64,000 nucleotides of DNA from Takakia lepidozioides (taxonomy: Eukaryota > Plantae > Bryophyta), in contig CM060732.1 of assembly GCA_030704615.1 (NCBI GenBank), forward strand, positions 67,456,001 through 67,520,000, written 5' to 3'. Positions 38,120-48,545 of the stretch are shown here, piece by piece (position 1 is the stretch's first letter; each line of letters begins with the position of its first letter). The position numbers and the translations under genes are program-made. A model generated the notes under the pieces. That model made no database searches. It had not been told where the DNA came from and saw nothing but the letters and a program-made list of their open reading frames with translations.

Positions 38120-40525
38120 TCAACGTCGGTAGAGGTGTCTGTCTTCAGACCTGCTAATAGACCTGACACATGTTGCCATGAGCCCACGAATAGCCAGCGG
38201 TAAAATTTGGTGCATGAACACATGGTAATCATGTGATTTCATGCCAGATAGTTTTTTCTTTACCACGTGTTTTTTGAAAGCGGATGCGTATCCTGTGGGT
38301 ACTTTAAGGTTTCGCACAATGTCCAACAAAACTTTCAATTCAGCTTCAGTCAGAACATAAGGAGCAGGAGGCATGATTAACGTATCTGCCCTGTCTGGAT
38401 GTTGTTGCAACCACACTGATGGATGCAACCCAAGTAATTCAAGATCACGCCGAACCTTCAATGTATCTTTCTCTCCAAAAATACTCTTAATGATATTCTC
38501 TGCAAAGTTCTTCTTGCAATGCATAGCATCAAACGGATGCCGTATGAGGAGGCCCTCCCAGTAAGGCAAGGCATATAAGATTGATAATCGTTTCACTCCG
38601 TGAGATTTGGAAGGGTCTGATGGCATATTTGGTTTCCCCCCTGCTTCTATCCATGCAATCAGGTGAATTGCACGTTTCTTTATTTGTGTTCCCGTCTGCG
38701 TTTGTGGAGCCACTTTATGCTCAACAACACCATTGAACAATCTTGATCTTCTATACAGATGGTTGTGGGCAAGAAATCTCCGATGGCCCAGGAACACAGT
38801 CTTTGAACATGCTGGTAAATGCTGTGAATCCACCTCGGGTCCACAAGCTGGACAACCAGCATAACCTTTAGTAACCTGACCCGCGAGCAAGCCAAATGCA
38901 GGGTAATCATGGATTGACCATAGCAGCAATGCTCGTAGCAAGAATTGGCGTTGTTGGAGAGTTTGGGAAACATCGTAAGCTATGATGCCTCTCCACAATT
39001 CCCTTAGCTCCTCTACTAGGGGCATCAAATACACATCAATGTTCGCAGATGTAACAGACTCCTTTCCAGGGATAAAGAGTGCTAACATGACGAAAAACTT
39101 TTTTGTCATCAACCATGGAGGCAAATTATAGTTGACCAACAGGATGGGCCATGTGCTCCAACTCGTGGATTGAGCACTGTATGGATTTACTCCATCTAAG
39201 GCTAATCCAAATCGTACATTTCGTGGTTCTGAAGCAAAATCCGCAAATATGGAGTCAACGTGGGCCCAGGCTTTGCTATCAGCTGGATGTCGAACCAATC
39301 CATCCTAACTCTTATGTCTGAAGTGCCATGTCATAAGGTGCACGATTGATTTGCATCGATACATGCGTTTCAACCTTGGGATGACAGGGAAATGTCGTAG
39401 TATTTTTCTGGGTACAGTCCCACGACCAGGAATGTAACGCGACGTCTTGCACTCCAGGCAAAATTCTTCTTTTTCATTCTCCCCACGGAAGAGTACACAG
39501 CATTTCTTGCAGGCATGGATCTGGGTATACTGCAATCCCATCTTCGTAATCATAGTTCTAGCTTCATAATTAGTTTTCGGCAGAGAATTCTGTTTCGGCA
39601 AAAAACTTTTGCGCAACAATCCAAGAAGCTCATCCACAAAGCCATTGGTGCACTTGTGGGTGGTACACAAGTTGAGCAAGTGCAAAGTAGCTTCAAATCG
39701 GCTGATCGAGCTCCCTTCGTAGAGTTTATACTCAGATTGTCAAAATAGCGTATCGTAGTTGGGGTCAACTCCGTGACTCAGGTTTGGGCCATTCTATGCA
39801 TTCTCTGCATTGTCCATGGATTCTTCCTCGTTGGGGCTGTCTTCGGCCCGAGTTCCACCATTAATCGGATCCTCCCTGTTTGCATTTGCAAACTCAAAAG
39901 CTTCCTGCAATGCTCGTTGAATTTCTGCCTGCACACCACCTTCATGATCCGTATTGTTCTCCCTTTCATTAGGCCCCTGCCCAAACTCAGCCCGATCCTC
40001 CTCGTCATTAGAATCAACATGTCCCTGCATCCCGTGTTTCCCACGGTTCATTCACAGTATATGTAGATTATGACATGTGGACAAATGTAGTCACGGCTAT
40101 CACTACATCACTTCGATTTGAGCCACGACATTGTGACACATGACAGATAGTTCTAGTGATGTAGTCATGTTCCTATATGTGTTTATGACTACACGACTAC
40201 AACTAGCCAACGACATATCGACATGTGTATAAAGGGCAGTCATAGACATAACTACATGACTACAACTCGCCAATCAACTTTCGACATGTGGAGTGGTGAA
40301 TTCATGGCTACTACTACCACACCAAAATGGTTCCAAAATTCAAACTTGGAGATTGCTAAGTCCTGAAGGACAGTGTACTTCCTGTGGATGTACCGGAATA
40401 ATACAGCTGCGCAAAGTTGGATCTCTCTTATGTTTGAGGTAGTGCTTCTTCACTGTCTCCAACAACTGCCATTTGGATCCATGACATTCAGTGCAATTGC
40501 AAAGCATTTTCTTGTTCCCATTTGA
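38120..40525 (-). pseudogene. CACTA TnpD transposase (Transposase_21/tnp2 family), disrupted and C-terminally truncated
   Basis: N-terminal MLCNCTECHG...VKKHY (~40510-40440), IHACKKCCVLFRG..C..C..SRY, LRHFPVIPRLKRMY, stop at 39307-39305, then RHPADSKAW, EPRNVRFGLALDGVNPY, SWSTWP..LVNYNLPPW, WSIHDYPA, CPAC, DAMHCKKN, MKSHDYHVFM. Confidence 0.9.
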
Positions 40526-41221
40526 TATGGCGTACGCCTCCTCGAGTCGCCATAGTCTGTTATCTCATAATCGCATGCGTGGCTCATATGCACCATGATG
40601 GCCGAACAGACGTTGAACGTTCATAGCTCGTAGTATGCAATGCCCTGTAGAGCCTCTGCAACTTTGTGTCCTCAGTGCTCTCTCTACAATATATCTACCT
40701 CTTGCGGTGTGTGCCAGTGAGCTGCATGATCATTCATGGTGAAGTCCAAAGTTGTCATTGCGCCTCTCACTGAGTACGAGAAGCTACGTGAGGCTAACAT
40801 TGCCATCGTGAAGGATGCCACGACAAAGTTGAAGCAGGACTTTGAAAGGTAAGGATCGAACAGTTCAGTGACCCAATCCTTTGACAATGCATGCATGGCT
40901 AACAATGTGATCTCTTCCCTTTTGCACGGTACATGCTTGAGGTCGATCGAGAGGGGGCGCCGTTGGTGTGAATATAGAAAAGGCTTGACAAGTGCAAGTT
41001 GAGTGTAGTATAGGGTATAGGAGTGCATTCATAGCAGTAGGCGGAAGTGAACCGCATTTGACGGGCAGCCATTGGGACAGCGGCAAGGCACTTCATCGTT
41101 TTCCAGCTCCTTTATGAACAGTAGGGTATGAGCTGCATTTGTCTTGTGTTAGTCGTTTAAGAGGGGAGATAGTCAAGTAACCTGTGGGCCGCAATGGAAG
41201 TATTTTTGCAGGATTACGGGT

Positions 41222-44200
41222 GTGAAACCGCGTCGAAAGGCACGGTCTCGTGGAGCTCCTATCAAAGATCCGGCAAGACGAAGTGCCCGACTTGTCACCA
41301 TGACTCGAACAACTGCCAAGCCCAAAGTAATTTTTGACATAGACGACGACGATCTTTACCTCCCACCACAAAAGGGAGCAGTACAAGAAGGGTCTGGGGA
41401 TTCAGCCGACTCCATGCCGGAGGACGCAGATGCAGGCACAGTGGCGCACGCAGGGAAAAAACGTGGTAGAGGCACACCGTCTCCATCTGTGAGTGCATTT
41501 TATGGGCATATTTATAGTCTCTCACCACTTATTCCGAAGGTGAGCACAACCTCATGAGTGCCGAATAGAATCATGCGGACTTCATTAGGGGCCATGATCC
41601 GGGGAGGGATTGTCTAAATACTTGGCAGATTTAATTGCGTGTCAATATTCTTCTTCTTTCTATTCTGTCTCTTCCGTGCTTTGTAGGTTTGTCCCTCATT
41701 TGCATGTTTGGTTTCGAAGGGGGTGTGCTATCATAAGCACATTCTCTGTCTAGATTCAGCACTAGGAATTTTGTCTGTCCATTTTCTGCGTGGAGGAGCT
41801 GCACCATTGCCCATGTGCATGTGGCCCCCATATTCCATAGCACTATTTACAACTTTGTAAGCAGTAGGTCTCGTATGTTGAGCACATTCCATCTTTTCTC
41901 ACAACTTTTAGGTATGCCCCTCCCTACTGCATGTTTGGTATGGATTTCAGGCAAAACCCATACATAAAAGGGGTCGGAAAAGTCTTGGGCGCACATCATT
42001 GAAGCCAATCCAATTTGGCCGATTTTCTAGCCAAGATCTGTATGATTTTTGGGTAATCAGACCTGTAGAAATCATGCGTACTGTTTATACTTTATGACAC
42101 CTTTATGTCATGATATGGTGTGGTCCTTGTAGTTGGATTTACTTGGCATTGTGTTTCATGTATGGAAACCCAGGGCAAGCAAAAACAGAAGCAGAAAAAT
42201 GCCACAGGAGTCGGCCCTCAGTCCCCCCAGGTTTTCCATACTCAGCCACCAGTACTAGGCTCTCAATATCGCTCCATGCCTCAGTACCCGGTTCCCAACC
42301 AGCATCCACCCACTGGCAATGTGGAGGGTCAGTACGCAACGGCCCCCCAACACAGTTATGCAGCTGGCCATTATGGCCCTTATGCTCCTCCTCCATATCG
42401 CCCACCTCCTCCTCCTTATGGAGGTGGCAGGCCACCTGAATATCCTCCGCCGTATGTACAGGTCCCATATGACCACTATGGATCCCCGAGTGGTTCCCAA
42501 CCACCATGGCCACCGATGGGTAGTTGGCCGAATCAACCCTTCAACGTTCCCGCACAGATGCCAGCGGTTCAACCTGCAGGGGATGTGGTTCAATCAAAGT
42601 GTGACAGAACCAATGCCTTGAGACGAGCAAATTATGTTGTGAAGGCCGCGGCATATAAAGTGAAGTAAGAAAGAGAGGCAGAAGGTCTTTCTGCAACAGT
42701 AGTTGTTGTGAACAAGGCAGGAAAACCAGTTGGTCAAAGGAGGAATGTTTGGCATGCGGCCCTCAAAGGTCACGTTCATCGTATCTATGATCCTTCTGTA
42801 GCCATCAACAATCAGCTTGATGAGATCATTGAAGAGCTCAAAGAAATCTTGGCCAAGCTACTTGAATATGTCCCACGTGACTTGGATGATATTGCGTTGC
42901 AAAACACAATAGGCACAATTATGAAGACCTGTTGCACAAGGAATGGCAGAAAGGTGGGGGGAAACCCATGGACGTGTCTGATGAGCATTGGAAGAGCCTC
43001 TCCTCCTACTGGAGTACAGAATAGTACTCCAAAGTGCAGACCCACTTGAAGACAGCAAATGCCTGCATTCAAAATCACACCAAAACGGGCCGGGGAGGGA
43101 AGGACAGCATGGAGGCACGCTTAGTAAGAACCCTCATGAGTTTTCTCACTGTACTCCTCTCAATACATTCTATGAATGCCAATCTTTAATGCTGGTTGGC
43201 TTATGGTTTAGTATTTCAAGCAATTTTGGAGCTGAGCTTTAGTATAAAATTATTTCTGTGCTGACGTGATTGTTCAATCTTGACGTTGCATTATCTTCAG
43301 TGGTTTTGTTATGGTTTTGTATGGTTGAGCCATTGAGTACAAATTGCACATTGGCTTCAGATTGTTTGTTATGTTGGGTTCATATGTAGGAAAGAGAAAC
43401 CGGGTGCCCCCCCTACGTTGGCTGATATACAAGAATACTCTGTCTCAAGGATGTCAGCTAGGAGCGATAGGCGGGTAAGTGAGACTCAACAACCATGTGC
43501 TTTCAGTACATGTGTGCCCTGTGTATTATAGCACGTCATTGTGCTCAAGTTCTCAGTGAATGATCTAAGTGTTGAAAGAATGTACTCATAAGAGTGCCAG
43601 TGTGTTGATTGACAAAACTGAGTTTGGTACCTCTAACCACTTCCTGGTTTGGACTGAGATCTGTTGGGTTTGGGTTTGTTGATTTTCACTATAAGCCAAC
43701 ATTGTATCCCTAGGACGGCCGTGTCTGGCTAGGTCTAAGTCCATCAAAGGGTTTAGTAGAGGGTTAACACATTTTACTTCAGAAGTTGCTGGGTGTGATC
43801 ATTGTATCCTGCGGACTGCATGTGTGGTAGAAGGACATGTGCTTGAATTTACTGCTTTGCTAGAACAAAAGTGGGACCAATATTTTTGTACAGGTGAACA
43901 TGTTGTACTCATGGTTGCCAGCGTTTGATGATATGTGTCTGGTTGGTGCATGATCACCCAATATGGATTGATAGGTAAGGTGCTTGATGTTGTGCTCAAA
44001 TATTGGTAGGTGGAAAAAAACTGGTTGGAACATGTTGTCTTATGCATTTCTGTCTATATGGCAGGAAGCGAGTGTAGCGTATTATGCCATAGTCGGAAAG
44101 GTGGATGCAATGGAAAAACAAGTCGAGGCTCAAGGGTATGATATGCTGGAGATGAAATCATAGATGCAGAACATGATGGACTCTCAGAAGGCAATGATGC

Positions 44201-45977
44201 TCAAATTGGGGGTTAATGTCCCCCTGGCAGGTCCAGTGACATCTAGCATGAATGGTTCTGGTGTCACTGTATCAAAAAGATTGGCATCGCGGTTTGAGAC
44301 CGTAACTGGCGCTCAATCTCAACTCTCCCCTAACCCTATCACCGATGATGGTTTGCATCTGTCCAAGCAGTTCGCCATAGGGAAGGCAGGCACTGAGACA
44401 ACAATTTCAAGTCTGCCTGCCTCTGGTACAAAGGAAGCTACTGATCATGATGCCCGTGATATGTCTAGGAAGCCTGGTACACCGGATTCAGGTATGCATG
44501 ATTCCTTGGGGAATTCACATGGGGAGGATGGGACAGATGCTACGGCATTTCAATTGGTTGTGCATCCCACTGGGGCTGATATGTTGAAGCCAGGTGAGCG
44601 TTTATAGTCTCCCCCACCTCGCAAGCGATGAAAGGCCGCAGGGCGTAGCGGCCACAGGCTTGCTAGTTTTGGATGTGAATGGATTGCTCTGTGAATCCAT
44701 TCATGTTGCTAGTGGTCCAACAACTGCTCCCAAAGGATTTGTGGGGAAGTTGTGTGGGATGAAAATGGTAGTTTTGAGACCCAGCTGTATTTCTTTTTTG
44801 CAAAAGTGTTTTGCACACTTTGAGGTGGCAGTGTGGTCTTGCTGTAAAGCTCGCAACTTCATTCCGATGGTGGACTTTATTTTCAAAGGGCACACTAATT
44901 TTATTTTCCAGTGGGATGCCCTTTACTGTGAAGAGCTTACTGACCCATTGGCTAGGGGGGCTGATGCAAAGCCCATATATTTGAAGAACCTATCAAGAGT
45001 GTGGGTAGAGTGGCCAGAATGGGGTCCTGAAGACACTCTTCTTGTTGATGACACACCAAGAAAGACATCAAACAATCCTCCATTTAGTGGGATATATCCG
45101 GAGCCATGGAAAATGCAATCATCAGGGCCAAAAGATGGCTATTTACTCGATGTGTTGTGGCCGTTCTTGGAGAGGGCAAGCAAGACTCCTAGTATTCCAC
45201 AGTTTCTGAAGTCTCAGCCTCTCTTTGGACAACAGCCCTACAATTCTGCTCAGTGTAATCGTCAGAAGGAACAACAATGTAATGTAAGTCTGGTCCACAA
45301 TTGGAATTCTTGGGTTGCTTGTGAATTGCATGAGTAGTGCGTTTATCTTGAGTGAGCTATGTAGCTAGTGTATTTCAGGTTGTAATGCATGCATGTAAAT
45401 TGTAATGGTTTGAGATATAGGGACCTATGATGAAGTGGCTCCATGTTGTCAACAAGTCAGCAGAGGAGCTGGAAAGTAGCCATCTCAAGTAGTTCTCGCA
45501 GACGCCTGAAAATCAGCTTGGTGTAAGTCCATGACCTTCTTTTCCAATTTTGCAGTGATATCCAATAATAGTTGCAATGATATCCATCCCTATTAATAGT
45601 TACAGCCCCCCTCCCGGTACATAAGTACTATAATGCTTGGACCTCCGGAGTCTAGCGTGCATGGTATTTTCACTCATTGTTTTTGCTAGTGGGTGTTGGG
45701 ATGACAGTTTAAGGTGGGAGACCAAGTTCGGCTCCTTAACGTGATGTCCAAATGGACAAAGGTTGGATCAGGGATTATATGTTCTCTGCAAGACTGCAAG
45801 GTAAGTGAGGGCTACCCTGATGTGCCAACTGAGTATGCGGCTATATACATCAAAGAGGCATACATCACTAATGCTCCTTTACCATATCTCAACGATGTTA
45901 AGAAACAGACTGTGTTGGGGGATGTGGTAGGAAGCACCACACTTTGGAGTTTGAAGCTACTGCGACATGAGGTTTAG
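41222..45977 (+). pseudogene. CACTA TnpA-like multi-exon gene with an embedded FCP1-like phosphatase domain
   Basis: Basic N-terminal piece (41222+), Pro/Tyr-rich block (42175-42660), 'VVNKAGKPVGQRRNVW' TnpA-like block (42700-43120), coiled-coil exon (~44065-44200, contains a stop) and C-terminal Tnp1/En/Spm-like domain GDQVRLLN..VGSGII...APLPY...VLGDVVGSTTLW (45714-45977). Exon structure only partly resolved. Confidence 0.6.
44640..45290 (+). CDS. FCP1/NIF (CTD-phosphatase-like) HAD domain inside the CACTA element
   Basis: LLVLDVNGLL (HAD motif I, DxNG variant), VLRPSCISFLQKCFAHFEVAVWS (motif II), IFQWD..C, KPIYLKNLSRVW (motif III K), TLLVDDTPRK..NPP (motif IV). Open frame within ORF 44594-45337. 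Confidence 0.85.
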
Positions 45978-47176
45978 GAAGTTCTACTGCTTTGTTTGTC
46001 AATAAAGCCCTTACTTCTAGCAGTATCTGTTGAATCTAGTTTTTTCCAGGTAAGTATTTAGCGACATTGTGATTGAACAATTGCACATATTTTGTGAATT
46101 TATATACAAAGACTGGTTCGAACACCACATGAATGTGTGTGATGTGATGTGATGATCCTGTTTCTATGGATGGCATATTTGATTGTAGTTGTCTTTCAGA
46201 CTGTATGATATTGGTGCTTTTGTCAGTCTATGCAACAGGGTTGGTGGTAGAATCAGTCTTTGTCACACTTTGCAACTGCCAGCAGGGTTGGGGGTCCACT
46301 CTTTGGTCATTGGAAGATTAATGCAAGCTCTCTTTCCCTGCAGAGGGGGTGTGTCTTGATATAGAGGGCCAATTGCTTTGGCAATTGCCGTGCTTATGAG
46401 AACTCCACATGGTTTGTTTAAATTTCATATTAATTTACTTCAATTTACTAGTTAAATTAGTCATTTGAAATTGAATAATATATCACAAATTTCAAAATCT
46501 ACATGACCTACACGTGTCATTCACACATACTCCAACAAGACCACGTGGCATCTGTAGTGTTGTAGTGATATAGTCACACCCATAGTAATGTAGTCATACA
46601 TGTATTCAGGAATTGTGCCACATGTCATCCTCAGCGATGTACTGAGTAGTTATGTAGTCATCAGTGTAGTCACACAAAGTAGTCATGTAGTTATAAAGTT
46701 ACGCCTACATCACTATATTCCATCCCACGATTTGGAAAAATGTCATAGCAGAGGGATTACGTGTGTCACGCAGACAACTATCCATGTAGGCGGACTTCTG
46801 TAGTAATGTAGTTATCATGTTAGTAATGACTACACGCCGTGTAGTCGCGTAGTCCACTGTACCATATGGTCACACATGTCAAATCCCAAGGATCCCACGT
46901 GTCACGCACAAGCCTCTCCATGTAGGCGCAATGATGTAGTGATGTAGTCATAACTTACAGTCGTGTAGTTATTTCTGTTATTACTACATCACCAAACCTT
47001 GCATCACTATCCCATGCCACGTCCTTAGTGACGACCATGACTTCGCACTTATCACTCCGTAGTCATGGTAGAACTGACTTCGTGTTTGTCACTGTAGAGT
47101 GAGGTAGTCGTAAAAGCACTTATCACTGCAAATGCAGTGATATCCATAGTCATAAAAACGTCAATCTGTAATAGTG

Positions 47177-47791
47177 CAAGCAAACAGGAACAGAGGCAAA
47201 AGGTTCTAGAGATGGGGACAAGTCTGCCAAGAGCTCTGAGAATAGCGATGAAGCAGATGAACCTGAAGTGCACTACCTTTGACAAGGTGAAAGAACTCAT
47301 GTCATTCCAGAAGGTAAACTCTCAGGAGGTTATGAGGGACATGCTCGTCTCTGGAGGGCGTCTGGACATCCCACTATGCCGGATGATATCTATGTTTGTT
47401 GTCCGTCATCCTCTTTCCCATGACATTACAAAATTGGAAACTGATTTCGTGCATGGATACAGACTCGTGCACAAGTTTTTTATGTGTCACTGACGGATAC
47501 AAATGGGAAGAGCACATTAGTGTCTCCTGAGATCACAGATACCTGGGATGAGTGTTGGAAGGATGTTAATGAGGAGTTCGAGCTGGGCCTCATGATGGGA
47601 AGAAACACCCAGCAATTCTGTAACCACATGTTCTACGTCTGGGATGGCAACCACCGATTGCTGGCATGGATGGGATACATTCAGAAACATCATGCGAAAG
47701 ACAAAGACAAGCATGTTGATGTAGAAGCAATGGTTTTGGATCCTGGAAACGACATCGCTAGGCTTCTTACAGCTATGCCCAACGTGAACAA
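47177..47791 (+). pseudogene. ParB/sulfiredoxin-like domain exon, frameshifted
   Basis: DIPLCRMISMFVVRHPLSHDITKLETDFVHGYR-(frameshift ~47462)-..VFYVSLTD...W...W...F...MFYVWDGNHRLLAW. DGNHR is at 47643-47657. Ends at an AA|GTAAGT donor. Confidence 0.65.
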
Positions 47792-48429
47792 GTAAGTCAT
47801 CCTAGAGACTCCATTGCCTCTCTAATGTCTTGCTAATCCCACCAAAAACAATGTTTACCAATGCATTGTTTCGGGGGCTGCTATTTCATGAGCGGCATGA
47901 GCATGAGCGGAAAAAAAAAAGCATGAGCAGACCATTGCGAGTCCACGGAAATAGGGTTAGGAGGCACGGAAATAGGGTCATGTGAAGTTGGAATGTGGCA
48001 CCAGTGGACTTGTAATGCAACATTTTATTGCAAATTTTGTGGCAAGCCACGTCTATACAAGTGTGTTCTAACTGTCATAGCCGGAATGGGCACTACTCTC
48101 CTACACCCTCCGAGGAACTTGCCCCACCTTCTTCCTCATCCCCCTCATCCCTCTCATCCTCCGAGCTCTGTGATGCATCAGTTCCACTATGCCTCTCAAA
48201 AATCCCGTCCTCTCCTTGGGGGACTGTCCACCTCACCTCCTGGGAATCTTTTGCGTCTTCTCCCCCACTTTCCTCAGCAGAATCCAAGACAAATCTACGA
48301 GCCCGACGGGCTCTAATAGCTGCTGCCTCCTCCCTCATCTTCATTTTCTTGAGGCTTGCCTCTGTCGTGCGCATACATATCGCTACACAACTACATCGCT
48401 GTCCAAAACCACACAACACATGTGCACAC

Positions 48430-48545
48430 CACACACTAGTATACCACTAGTCTACCACTAGTCCAGCCACTAGTCCAACCACTAGGCTACAACTAGTCAG
48501 TCACTAGGCTGCCACTACGCTGCCCACTATGGCAATCACTAGTCC
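48430..48545. repeat. Short tandem CCACTAG(T) repeats (~12-bp period) at the integrase truncation point
   Basis: ACACTAGT ATACCACTAGT CTACCACTAGT CCAGCCACTAGT CCAACCACTAGG ... CACTAGTCC. Confidence 0.8.

Larger units (their letters stand above)
36559..47176. mobile_element. CACTA (En/Spm) DNA transposon, ~10.6 kb, degenerate
   Basis: Left TIR CACTACAACAGATGAGCGTTTTTATGACT. Right TIR (reverse complement) CACTATTACAGATTGACGTTTTTATGACT. Subterminal ATGACTAC/GTAGTCAT and CACGTG repeats at ~36590-37260 and ~46500-47150. TnpD and TnpA-like coding remnants inside. The 3-bp flanks differ (ATA vs CAA). Confidence 0.88.
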
